The notes: generated by a model from the letters alone, not told the origin. 64,000 bases of DNA from Octopus vulgaris (GCA_951406725.2 OX597826.1:70742001-70806000); one strand, 5' to 3'. Shown: positions 1 through 12,151, counted from the first letter of the stretch. Numbers and translations are program-made.

Positions 1-165
1 TGATGGTTATTGTATGGAAAGTGTTCTGCGTAGGATGTGTGCAGTGCCTAGTAGTGCAATTTTCTGTATGTTATATGTGTTTGTAAGTCCTGGTGTTTTT
101 GTTATGTATTTGTCTGAATATTTTTTTATCATGCCTAATGCACCTATTATGATAGGAATTGTTTC

Positions 166-168
<3 letters not shown>
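1..168 (-). mobile_element. 5'-truncated R4/Dong-clade non-LTR retrotransposon 3' end (family R4-a) in (TAA)n
   Basis: Minus strand reads ETIPIIIGALGMIKK...IQKIALLGTAHILRRTLSIQ*, matching the PIxIGALG / QKxALLGTAxILR C-terminus of R4-clade restriction-like endonuclease ORFs. It abuts (TTA)n at 169-232. Confidence 0.85.
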
Positions 169-212
<44 letters not shown>

Positions 213-240
213 TATCATTAATAATAATATTATTGCATTG

Positions 241-464
241 AAGGCGGTGAGCTGGCAGAATCGTTAGAGCGCCAGGCAAAATGCTTAACGGTACTTCGTC
301 CATCACTACGTTCTGAGTTCAAATTCCGTTCTGAGTTCAAGGGTCAACTTTGCCTTTCATCCTTTTCGGGCTCGATAAATTAAGTACCAGTCAAGTACTG
401 AGGTTGATGTCATCGACTGTCCCCCTCCCTTCAAATTCCAGGCCTTGTGTCTATAATAGAATTG

Positions 465-497
<33 letters not shown>

Positions 498-738
498 TTA
501 AATATAATGTAATAATAACATTATTAAATATAATGTTGTTGTAGTGAAGGCAGTGTGCAGGCAGAATTGTTAGCAGTATTTCGCCCGGTTTTACTTTCTG
601 AGTTCAAATTCCACTGAGGTCGATTTGCATTTTATCTTTTCGGGGTCGATAATTTACGTACCAGTTGAATGCTGGGGTCGACGTCATTGACTTAAATCCT
701 CCCCTTCACTTTTTGACCTTGTGTCAAGTTGTGAAACA

Positions 739-740
<2 letters not shown>
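241..740 (+). mobile_element. Two SINE family A copies (about 241-455 and about 547-740) separated by (AAT)n
   Basis: Head ggcggtgagctggcagaatcgttag, B-box-like gagttcaaattcc, central gtcgactttgcctttcatcctttcggggtcgataaattaagtaccag (resembles the Meta-SINE domain). Confidence 0.85.
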
Positions 741-786
<46 letters not shown>

Positions 787-788
<2 letters not shown>

Positions 789-956
789 GTCTGACTTTTG
801 CTTTGCATTTGTACAAGTTGGCTCCCAGTCTTACCCAGAAACATCAAGAGACAACAAATTAGAAGTTCATGTTGGTGTTATGCCTAGAGTGCCATATATT
901 TGGTTTTGTACAAAGTGTTTCTTCTAGAAAATGTTTAAGAAACCATAAGAAAATTG

Positions 957-960
<4 letters not shown>
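787..960 (-). mobile_element. 3' UTR fragment of a second R4/Dong-like family (R4-b) in (TAA)n
   Basis: Homologous to 5446-5662, which extends into the ORF end. Flanked on both sides by (ATT)n. Confidence 0.7.
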
Positions 961-1029
<69 letters not shown>

Positions 1030-1038
1030 GTTATTATT

Positions 1039-1268
1039 CAGTAGTTTTATTTTTATATCGTGCTTTCACTTCACTACCGAGGGCAGCTCTGTGTGCCTTG
1101 AGTATGTGCTGTGATTTGTTGTGATGCTCTGATGGTTATTGTATGGAAAGTGTTCTGCGTAGGATGTGTGCAGTGCCTAGTAGTGCAATTTTCTGTATGT
1201 TATATGTGTTTGTAAGTCCTGGTGTTTTTGTTATGTATTTGTCTGAATATTTTTTATCATGCCTAATG
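1039..1268 (-). mobile_element. R4-a 3' fragment (ORF end plus 3' UTR) in (TAA)n
   Basis: 1131-1268 is near-identical to 1-139. The 3' UTR ends ...aataaaactactg followed by (AAT)n on the minus strand. Confidence 0.85.
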
Positions 1269-1269
1269 A

Positions 1270-1317
<48 letters not shown>

Positions 1318-1338
1318 TATTTATTATTGTTATTATTA

Positions 1339-1385
<47 letters not shown>

Positions 1386-1409
1386 TATTTATTATTGTTA
1401 TTATTATTA

Positions 1410-1442
<33 letters not shown>

Positions 1443-1687
1443 TATTATTATTGTTGTTATTATTGTATTTTATGTTTTTATTCAATGTAAATCTCCTATT
1501 GTTTCTTGTTTCAGTGTTTTCCTATATAAATTATGGTGGCTATTTCTTCCCTCATCAATCACCAACAGACAACTATGTTATTAGAAATCATCACCACCTT
1601 TATCATCATCATCATCATCTTCACCATCAATGTTATCATCAACTAACTAGTTGTTCAGCTTTTGGTTTGTAAAATATTTCCTGTATT

Positions 1688-2265
1688 AAGGCGGCGAGCT
1701 GGTAGAACCGTTAGCACGCCGAGCGAAATGCGTAGCCGTATTTCGTGTGTCACTACCTTCTGAGTTCAAATTCCGCCGAGGTCGACTTTGCCTTTCATCC
1801 TTTGGGGTCGATAAATTAAGTACCAGTTACGCACTGGGGTCGATGTAATCGACTTAATCCGTTTGTCTGTCCTTGTTTGTCCCCTCTGTGTTTATCCCCT
1901 TGTGGGTAGTAAAGAAACAGAAATAAGTATTTCGTCTGTCTTTACGTTCTGAGTTCAAATTCCGCCGAGGTCAACTCTACCTTTCATCCTTTCGGGGTCG
2001 ATTAAATAAGTACCAGTTACGCACTGGGGTCGATATAATCGGCTTAATCCGTTTGTCCTCTCTGTGTTTAGTCCCTTGTGGGTAGTAAAGAAATAGGTAT
2101 TTCGTCTGCCGTTACGTTCTGAGTTCAAATTCCGCCGAGGTCGACTTTGCCTGTCATCCTTTCAGGAGTCGATAAATTAAGTACCAGTTGCTTACTGGAA
2201 TCGGTCTAATCGACTGGCCCCCTCCCCCAAAATTTCGGGCCTTGTGCCCAGAATAGAAAAGAATA
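1688..2265 (+). mobile_element. SINE family A head-to-tail trimer
   Basis: One full head plus two reiterations restarting at gtatttcgtctg. Flanked by the TSD-like atatttcct. Confidence 0.9.
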
Positions 2266-2299
2266 TATTTCCTATGTAATTTTTGTTTCTTTCCTGATA

Positions 2300-2355
<56 letters not shown>

Positions 2356-2934
2356 AGATACACGACGATCAAACTGACTAATGTTGGTCTGTACCAGCAA
2401 GACTTGTATTATTTAATAAAATCGACAATAAAAGTCTACAGGAAAATTGCAATGGGGAGTGGAAACGCCAACTTCAGGCAAATGTTGATTGGACAGAAAT
2501 TAAAATGTAGTTGCAGAGTTTTGCAGACACTGACTCTTCTTAATTTATCATGTGTTTGATTCGGGTTTGCGCAATCTCTTTTCAAATCTTGGCTCGTGAC
2601 ACCGGCAAAATTGTGTTAGGCTTGGGAAGACCTTCATCAATAACCCTGTATTTCGATTAACTGGGTTATTGAAGAATGCAAGAAGACTTCAAGATATATG
2701 AACTCAACGAAGGGGCTATATATATATATAGACAGAAAGAGAAAAAGAAATGAAGCAATAATTAACAGTGAGAAGTGGATCGTTGGTGTTAAGTTATTGT
2801 TTAATTGTAGTTTGGAACCATTTCCAGCTGTTTCTGTTTATCAAATCGGACTAAATTTACATTTACCTCGTTACATTTTATAAACATATTCACAGCCACT
2901 CCTGCGCCTAATATAGTATATATTTTCGTAATGC

Positions 2935-2973
<39 letters not shown>

Positions 2974-3149
2974 AAGAGGGAGAGAGAGAGAGAGGGAGAG
3001 AGAGAGAGGGAGACATAGAGAGAGAGAGAGATAGGGAGATAGATAGATAGATAAATAGAAGGAGTCGAAATTATATAAGATGACTGGGAAAAATATTTTC
3101 GGCATTTTCTTGAACATAGCTACATTGACAGGAGGTTTATACAGAGATA

Positions 3150-4300
3150 AAGGCTTTATAACCTCGTATTATATGAACAATCATCAGACAGAACGATACA
3201 AAGAAAAACAGACTCTACTGAATAATTTATAGTGGTTTGCTTTAGAAATATAGCTGAAACCACTTTTAGAACAGTTAATATTATGAACATTCAATTTAAT
3301 CAGTAATAAATTCTACCCTTACTGAAAATTTAATGAGAGTCTGTTTTATATAAATAGGAACTCAAAAGACCAACCTTCTCTTCGAGCAAATTTTGTCTCC
3401 AACACTTGTAAAGTTCAGCTTCAAGGCCTCGTTTTTTAGTTATCATTAGTATAACAAGACACTTCGCAATAGTGACGTTACGCCTAAAGCACATTACACT
3501 ATGAAGACTGATATTTTCAAGTGTTAAAACGAACCATGAAATATTCATCCTATTGTCTGTATGTCAACACTTATATTTTCAGACACAAACTTGATCTCTT
3601 TTTCTTATTTTCTGATTAGACAGATACCGTAAGTAGAAATATGGTTTAGATAAACTATTAATGTTGTAAATATTTTACACATAATGTTAGTAATTGCATT
3701 TCTCGAAACCTTTTCAACAACAGCAATATAGTCATATTTCCTACTTGCAAATGAATAACCGCTAGTATTTGTCCACTTAATGATAATTGTCTTTTAAAAA
3801 CCTCTAATTTATTACGAGGAAATTCAACAGTGCCTCCAGAAACAACAGCATCGAAAGTGAATGGCAATTGCTTTAAAATTTGTTTTTATCAATATATTCA
3901 ACAGTTATGAGACCCGGAGGAAAATTTGCTGCAAGATTCTTCAAATACATTTAGTTACAAAAGAGAACAGATTTGTTGAGTTTCAAATACAATCGTGGTT
4001 TCTCGGTTACGCTACTCATTATATAAATGGTAGTTTGCGTTCAAATATGCACCAAAGGCTTTGTTTATATGAGAGATTATTAAATACGGTTTCAACAGAG
4101 CAATAGATTAATAACAGCGTTCAGAAATATGGGATTAATGCAAACATTCTTCAAAGTTCTGACTTCGCATTTATGAATCTCCAGATGGTTGACTAAAGCT
4201 GCGAAATGTTTCAGACGATAAGCTGAAGTAGAAAATTATGCAAACATTACAATTAAACAACTCTTCCTTTTAATCCAACAGGATTTACTTAACATTGCAC
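3150..4300 (-). pseudogene. Possible highly degenerate hAT-type transposase relic
   Basis: Minus-strand patches FSTSAYRLKHF...LKNVC (about 4140-4240) and GLEAELYKCW (about 3400) loosely resemble hAT FFSxSxKR...LKxLC and AELxLW motifs. Many stops. Confidence 0.3.
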
Positions 4301-4316
4301 TGTTAGTAATTTTATA

Positions 4317-4351
<35 letters not shown>

Positions 4352-4353
4352 AT

Positions 4354-4520
4354 ACGAGGGGTGCTGAAAAGTTCCTGGCTTTGGGTAAAAGAAAATACAG
4401 GAGGATCAGTTGATTATGATTTTATTCCACATATTCCACTCTCAGATTTACGCACTCATTGCAGCGGTCCTTTAGTTTTTCTAAGCCCTGTAAAAGAAAT
4501 CGGAAGGTTAAGCCTCCAAC
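4354..4520 (-). mobile_element. Mariner 3' end with TIR
   Basis: TA-cgaggggtgctgaaaagttcctggct TIR. Minus strand encodes GLEKLKDRCNECVNLRVEYVE*, a mariner C-terminus. Confidence 0.8.
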
Positions 4521-4739
4521 CAGGCTTAAAACCACGAACTTTCAGCACCACCTCATATTTACATACACACACATACACGTATACACATACATCCACACGT
4601 TGAGATACTATGTTGGCGCAAGTAGACTGCACTTGCAAACATGATCAATGATTTAATTTTGTTGTTTACATACACATGTTGGCCTACTGCCATTCTTTAA
4701 TAAGTCGGCTTATTATTATTATTATAATTATTATTATTA

Positions 4740-4770
<31 letters not shown>

Positions 4771-4771
<1 letters not shown>

Positions 4772-5238
4772 GAGTGAGAGAGCAGTGCATGCCATCAAAG
4801 TGACACTGGGGTAAAATATACGAAGCCCAGTATACCCCTCATGACTACGCGTCTGATAAGGATACACCAGGCACATGCATCACAACCATATAAGCGCGAC
4901 ATGGTGATCTCATATCAAGATAAACAGCACATGACCTTGCAGGTGGGGTCCAGTTAGAATTTTCTTCAGGTCGAGTAGCCCATCCCGCTCAAAAGGTCCC
5001 TGAATAAGGATTGCTTAAAGATGTTGAACGAACCACCCATGTTTCCAAAGGTGAATTATCCAAACCCCTAAGAATTCCTTTCAACACACGGCTATGATGC
5101 TCCCCCACTACTTCTGCCCGTAATCAGAGATGCACATATCGTCAGCCACTAAGGGACATGGTCAACTGGTTAAGGTCAAACAACTAACAAGAAAATCTGT
5201 GGTATTGAGCAGAATATTTGCTGTAGCCCATCTTTTAT
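4771..5238 (-). mobile_element. Non-coding (TAA)n-embedded interspersed repeat (family T3), about 470 bp
   Basis: Flanked by (ATT)n on both sides. Its 3' end ...ggcatgcactgctctctcactca(ATA)n recurs, 5'-truncated, at 36191-36277. Confidence 0.7.
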
Positions 5239-5274
5239 ATAATTGTTATTATTATTATTATTTTTTTTTTTAAA

Positions 5275-5313
<39 letters not shown>

Positions 5314-5343
5314 TTCATTATTATTATTATTTTTTTTTTATTA

Positions 5344-5409
<66 letters not shown>

Positions 5410-5445
5410 CATTATTATTATTATTATCATTATTATTATTATTAA

Positions 5446-5662
5446 ATGTCTGGCTTTTGCTTTGTATTTGTACAAGTTGACTTCAAGTCTCACCCAGAGA
5501 TCTCAAGAGACAACAAGTTAGAAGTTCATGTTGGTGTTATGCCTAGGCTGCCATATATTGGGTTTTGTACATAATATTGTTCTAGAGAATGTTTAAGAAA
5601 CCATAAGAAAATTATATTTGTTTTAAAACTTGAAATTACATAGAAAGTATTTTGCGTAGGAT
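5446..5662 (-). mobile_element. R4-b 3' end (last codons plus 3' UTR)
   Basis: Minus strand ATC CTA CGC AAA ATA CTT TCT ATG TAA = ILRKILSM*, parallel to ILRRTLSIQ* of R4-a. The 3' end runs into (TAA)n. Confidence 0.75.
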
Positions 5663-5929
5663 ATATATAGATATATATAGTGTACTGTTCCGGGATGGTA
5701 AGATCAACAAAAAAGTATTCCACTTGGTGAGAGATAAATATTATTCAAGAAGCACAATATATGCTTTAATGTGCTGCTATTAGTTTCATGCGCTGAGAAC
5801 AAGCCAAACAGTGTTTTATAACACGTCTTGTGTTCAAGCACAATCATCAGACACTGCCCACATGGCATCACGTGAAAACTCAGGTTTTACATCAGTGTCC
5901 CTCTCTTAGAAGGACGCTGTGACAACAGT

Positions 5930-6388
5930 TACGTACATACATACACACATATACGTACGTACGTACATACATACATACATACATACATACATACATGCAT
6001 GCATACGCACTACGTGCATAAACATATGCATACATATGTACATACATACATACATACATACATGCATGCATACGCACTACGTACATAAACATATGCATAC
6101 ATACATACGTACGTACATACAAACATACATACGTACGTACGTGCATATATACGTACGTACGTACATACATACATACGTAAACACACATACATACATACAC
6201 ATATACATACACACGCACGTACATACAAATATACATAGCATGCATACATACGTACATACATACGTACGTACATACATACATATATACATGCATACATATA
6301 TACATGCATGCATGCATACATACATACATGCATGCATACAAACATACATACATACATGCATACATACATACATACATACATACATATA
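5930..6388. repeat. Compound (CATA)n/(CGTA)n/(CATG)n microsatellite
   Basis: Direct reading. Confidence 0.95.
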
Positions 6389-7116
6389 AGATCTGGCCTC
6401 GCCAGTGTTCGTTAATACATACAATATATATATGGAACGTCTTGAATTCGTTATACGTTAGATGAATTGCTTGAAAAAGAAATGCTGACAACTTTGTGAT
6501 CGTCTGCCAATTTTCACTTAGATTATTTGCGAGAATATATAAAATTTAAAAGTCTGTTTGAATTGAGCTTCATAAAGACTTGCAAACGAAGTAAACAGAC
6601 ACAAAACCTAAAATATATATATTTTTGTAAATTGCTGAAGAACATGTTTTCTTCCCCACCCCCGAATACTGTTGTAATTTATATAATTAGTCTAAATTAA
6701 TTATTTTCTTAATTAGTAACTTTTCTAGCGTCTATATTCTTTGTATTTCTGTCTGGAGTTAAAATAAATGAATTTTTATACTGTTTCTAACACAGAGAAA
6801 AAGCAAAAAACAAAGCGTAAACTTGAGAACAGAGGGAAAACAATGATTCCAAATTGATTTCAGCATTTCCACACTTAGCGCAACCTGTCAAAATTCTTTC
6901 AATGATGCTGAGCATGTAACATAATTATTATTTGAGAGTATGTACCACGCTTTTGTAGGTTGTTCTTGGTGCCTATCTAGTCGCGTGCGTGCATGGACAT
7001 CCTTTCGATGGTTCTTCCCTCGGTGTAGGTGAACTGTGAGGATGTGACCGCTGAAGAGACATAAGACTGCATTAGCACTCGGCCCGAACTCAGTTTTAGC
7101 TGAGTAGACTGGTAGT

Positions 7117-7420
7117 GGAGGCACATGGCCTAGTGGTTAGAGCAGCGGACTCGCGGTCGAGGGATCGCGGGTTCGAATCTCAGACCGAGCGATGTGTGCG
7201 TTTATGAGCGAAAACAGCTAAGCTCCACGCGGTTTCCGGCAGAAGGTAATGGCGAACTTCTGCTGACTCTTTCGCCACAACTTTCTCTCACTCTTTCCTC
7301 CTGCGTCTTTCAGCGCACCTGCGACGGACCGGCGTCCCGTCCAGGTGGGGAACCTAAACGTCAAGGAAACCGGGAAACAGGCCCTTATGTGCCAGTCATG
7401 GCTCGAGAAGGAAGGAACAA
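7117..7420 (+). mobile_element. SINE family C (tRNA-derived head)
   Basis: A-box tggcctagtggttag, B-box ggttcgaatctc, body motif gcgacggaccggcgtcccgtccag shared with copies at 24958, 28600 and 58298. Confidence 0.9.
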
Positions 7421-7702
7421 ACCACGCTTTTGTTGGTTGTTTTTGGTGCCTATCTAGTCGCGTGCGGGTATGGCCATCTTTTCGATGATTCTACCCTCGG
7501 CGTAGGTGAACAATGAGGATTTGACAACTGGAGAGGCACAAGACTGCATTAGAACTCGGCTGGGACTCAGTTTCAGCTGAGTAGACTCGTACGGCGTGAA
7601 ACGAACTGATTTTCTCAAGGACATAACGCGCCACCCAGTCCAAGAATCGAACCCGTGACATTATGACCGTTTGAAGAACATCGTAACCACGAGGCCATAC
7701 CT
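7421..7702 (-). mobile_element. Old diverged SINE (family C-related head) whose 3' part is duplicated at 6944-7113
   Basis: Minus-strand ggcctcgtggttac...gggttcgattcttgg head and gtccttgagaaaa CORE-like segment. Confidence 0.6.
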
Positions 7703-7829
7703 CTTTATATGCATCAGGCAATTACACACACACACACACATACTCGCACGCGCATACACTCGCACGCGCACGCGTGCACCCCCTCCCCCCACACATTTAA
7801 TGGATCCAATACAACAACCATAAACGTTC

Positions 7830-8400
7830 AGCACAATGCTTGGACAGAGACGAGCCACCAAGACAGTCCGAAAAGCAAAATTCATCAAAATAAGCTGATG
7901 GTATGTGTTTGGTGGTCTGGCGCAAGTGGGATCCATTATGATTTCATTAAACTGGCTCATCAATCACGGCCGAAGTATAATGCAGCCAACTGGAACAACT
8001 GATGCAGAAACTTCCCAAAAAAAACAAAAAAAAACAGCCTAGATTATTCAACAGATCCAATCCTATTTTATTGCAAGACAACGCCAGACCACACATCGCA
8101 AAAATGACATTGGCGAAACTACAGGAGTTGGAGTTGGAAGTTCTCCATCATCCATTATACTCACCTGATCTTGGGGGGCCCCCCCCCCCCTGATTACCAC
8201 TTCTTCCAGAATTTATATAACTTTATGGTATGAAAAAGTTTAATTCCGACGATGTTGTAAAACATGCCTTCCATGATTTTATTGACTCTAGATTTCCAGG
8301 TTTTTTCAATTCCGGGCTGGACAAGCTACCGCTAAAATGACAAAAGTGTATTGACAATATGGGTGTATACTTTGATGAATAAAACTATTCCTTGGATTTA
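7830..8400 (+). pseudogene. Mariner (D,D34D) transposase fossil, C-terminal half
   Basis: PKSKIHQNKLMVCVWWS..GIHYDF, ILLQDNARPH, HPLYSPDL..DYHFF and the GVYFDE* end. Frameshifts and stops are present. Confidence 0.92.
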
Positions 8401-8624
8401 TAAAACATTAACAAACTTTTTTCTTTTTTACAAATTTCTTACTTGACGAACAAATATGCATCACTACATGAATGTATGCATGTGTGTAAGTATGTATGTA
8501 CATTTTTGTTTGAGATTTATCTTAATTCTTCACAGATTTCAAGTTGATCACTAAGAAAGTGACCAGAATATTTTGTTTGAGCCAAAACAGTTTTATAGAT
8601 TGGGGTACGTGTGACATTTACATT

Positions 8625-9072
8625 TTTCTTTACTACCCACAAGGGGCTAAACACAAAGGGGACAAACAAGGACAGACAAACGGATTAAGTCGATTACATC
8701 GACTCCTGTGAGTAACTGGTACTTAATTTATCGACCCCGAAAGGATGAAAGGCAAAGTCGACCTCGGCGGAGTTTGAACTCAGAACGTAAGGCAGACGAA
8801 ATACGACTACGCATTTCGCCCGGCGTGCTAACGATTCTTATTTCTTTATTGCCAACAAGGGGCTAAACATAGAGGGGACAAACAAGGACAGACAAACGGA
8901 TTAAATCGATGACATCGACCCCCAGTGCGTAACTGGTACTTAATTTATCGACCCCGAAAGGATGAAAGGCAAAGTCAACCTCGGCGGAATTCGAACTCAG
9001 AACGTAATGGCAGACGAAATACGGCTACGCATTTCGCCCGGCGTGCTAACGTTTCTGCCAGCTCGCCGCCTT
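8625..9072 (-). mobile_element. SINE family A dimer with 18-bp TSD
   Basis: TSD acgtgtgacattta(c/t)att at 8607-8624 and 9074-9091. Confidence 0.9.
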
Positions 9073-9299
9073 AACGTGTGACATTTATATTCATTGCTTC
9101 CTTTCCTGTTCTGTAGGTGTTAGCTGTGAGAGACGATGCGTCTCTCAAAAGCTGTTTAGTCTCACCTTATGTTATCTCCTTTCTTCACTTTGTTTAATTG
9201 AAACTAACGGATGATGGCAAAGGCACAGGGTCGATTCGGAAGTTAGTGACGATTAATATTGTTGTGTCGGGTATTCATTAGCAACCTTTTCGAACACTC

Positions 9300-10560
9300 A
9301 TATTATCAAGTCAGGAAGGATTTCTTTCAGCTCATATAATCGCTCTTTAGTTGATGTCAACAATGAAATTCACCTTAAATATAATCCGTGTTGAAGTGTC
9401 GGATTTCTTCAGGTGTCCAAGGTTAGTGTCAAATGTTGGAACAAGCACTGTTGTTGTAAACACATTATGAGATGTCAGTTTATTGAATTCAGATATCTCT
9501 GACTTCCTTTTCAACCAAATTCCGCTGAATTATTCCGTTGTCAATTCAGCTTTTCTCACAGTACAAACATATGCAATATTCCCATAAATTTCGAAATGTT
9601 AATAACACTCGTTCGTAGAGTTAGAATAGATAGATAGGTTATTCATATCCATATTCTTTGTCTACTCAACAATATTTTTTGTCGATTGATTGCCAAATAT
9701 GAACACTTATCTTGATCAAACGCTGCGGGAGGCTATTGCAAGCAGCTCTATCTCATGACGTCATGAACATTACCCGAAAAAAGCTTCAGGTCATCGATAC
9801 AATAAAAGATGTGGGTGACGTTATTTTACCTTTATTTTGTAGACCCTACAATAAAACCTTGGCACTTCCTCAGCTGTGCTGATAAGTAGTTCGCTGCCGA
9901 GGTGAACGGCATTACTGACAAGTGGTAATCTAATTATGTTTCTACCTATAGAAATTACACCAGTTCTTAGTTATACTTACGTGGACAGATAATCTTTTAA
10001 TAGTATCGAAAACAGGAAATGGAAACTTGCCAGAGCGTAGGGCCTCTAGTATTCAAAAGTGAAGGACAACGTTACACGTCTTCTAACCAATCTGTCAGTA
10101 GATTTTGGTGATACCGCTTCGCCCCTTTAAGAACAACTCGACACACACTCCTTTCTTTTGTCCTGCCTGCTTAGCAATCATCATATATGTTTCTTTGTGA
10201 TCTCAGAGAAATGCATTCAAACATCCGGTGTACAGTTTATTCATAACATTTAAGTATATTCTGAGATTGCATCTTAATATCGTATGTATTTCTTAGTGCT
10301 TGGGGACATCGAGTCAGCATTCCATATGTTTTTGAAATGGTTGACAAGATCTTTCCCGTAAAACATGGCCTTTTTACCGATAACCGCCAACAGATCTCAT
10401 TCACAACTGTCAAGAGCGTTTCACAAGTATAATTATATTTGTTAGCAGAGACATGCGCACAGCACTCCCTTATTAGTTCATTTAACCATACTGCATTGTA
10501 TTTGTGCTTCTTATTTACATTCCAGATTCCTTACCCACTCCTCACAAAATCTAGATTATC
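9300..10560 (-). pseudogene. Ancient R4/Dong-like reverse transcriptase fossil
   Basis: Colinear minus-strand motifs: GIWNVNKKHKYNAVWLNEL (about 10480-10530), VTHIFYCIDDLKLFS (about 9776-9820, compare HLLYMDDLKLF), VLVPTF..WTPEEI (about 9400-9450) and ERLYM (about 9330-9345). Confidence 0.7.
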
Positions 10561-11028
10561 TTGAGAATGTAGATTTATAACTTGAATGGTGTGATCTTCC
10601 CATGCTTCGATACACATCTCGTGGATTTAAGGAAAATGTGCGGTTGATAGGCCAACGTTCTTGTCATTTCATTAATAAGAAAGTTTTTGATTTACAGGTC
10701 ATCATCCGTGCTGGAAGGCAACTATTACTTACCTTATGAGTGTCTCTCGAATGCGGTTTCCGTACGTTATAGGTAATCTATCATAAATTCGTAATTAGTC
10801 CTTCATAAATTCATTATTCATTTTGCATAATATACTGACAGTATCCAATTTCCGATGTTTTTCCGTAGTCTGGTTGCGTGTTATTCTTACCAGCGATCAC
10901 TTTCAATCCAATCTTTAGTGAACTATGATTATAATACGATACAGTAAAACGTCCAATGTCCGAAATCTGGGAGATTCAATTTGGGAAAGGTGTTCTTTCA
11001 TAACTTTATCGATTGCGGATAACATTAA

Positions 11029-11249
11029 CCCTTTAGCATTTAAACCGGCCATATCCGGCCATAAGTATTCTGCCTGTTTTATGGTCAAACTGGCCAGATC
11101 TGGTCTCTCACACCTACCCTACGATATCATTTTTAAAATTAACAGCTTCCTCATCAAAATCTTACAGCTATAAGATAATGCATGATTAGTTCAAAACAAT
11201 GTGGATAAAAAAGCATTAGTTTTGGCAGAATAATGCAAACACTAAAGAG
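11029..11249. mobile_element. piggyBac-type MITE with TTAA TSDs
   Basis: TTAA|ccctttagcattt ... aaacactaaagag|TTAA. Confidence 0.85.
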
Positions 11250-11714
11250 TTAAGCCAATGGATCTTTTATCGACTCGTTTCATTCATTTCTTTAGTAGGT
11301 TATTAATGCAAACAAGGAACTTCGCATGAAATCTTGTTGCGAGCTATGCTGTGAGCTCTTTTTCAGCCGTCACTTATTTTTGTTTGTTCACAAGCGATTC
11401 TGAGAAATGGCAGCATTCCAATTTTCAGCAATCTTCCCGCCAGTAATAAATTAATCCGATTAAGCAACAAGAAAGCGATATACATTGAAATCTGTCTGTT
11501 TCCGTAAACTGTAAAATGGAATACTCAGCAGTTGATGAAATTGCAAAGCAAGATTGAAACTTAACTCGGTAATTCCCCCCTTTTCTAACCACAGATATTC
11601 TGTAATTGTTAATATACGTCTGTCTATACGTAGTACAGTGCTTGCAAAAAATCTATATGTATACTGCGTAGTAGTACAGTACAGTATTTATATAAAACAC
11701 TGTTGACGCGCCAG

Positions 11715-11775
<61 letters not shown>

Positions 11776-11777
<2 letters not shown>

Positions 11778-12073
11778 CAATAATAATAAAGGGTAAAATT
11801 AATTAATCAATTAATAATTGATAATCTTACCAAGTAGTTCGGTATCTTAAAAGGACCATTATCGGTAAATTTATACAAAAATAATTATAATTATAAACAA
11901 AATTATAATTAGGGTTTAGCAAAATTGCTTCACCACATACCGAAATTTAGAAATAGCAGTTAAATACTATTCTATATCTTATGGTAGTGGAATAGTATTT
12001 AACTGCTATTTCCAAATTTCGGTATGTGGTGAAGCAATTTTGCTAAACCTAATTATAATTATGTATAATAATT

Positions 12074-12075
<2 letters not shown>
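11776..12075. mobile_element. Insert in (TA)n containing a fold-back with arms of about 70 bp (probable Penelope-like terminus)
   Basis: 11901-11972 is the reverse complement of 11990-12060 (one mismatch, one indel). (TA)n on both sides. Confidence 0.6.

Positions 12076-12151
<76 letters not shown>

Noticed and set aside
7117-7190. tRNA gene
   Set aside because: The tRNA-like A/B boxes run directly into a SINE body repeated across the window, and the acceptor stem is not intact.
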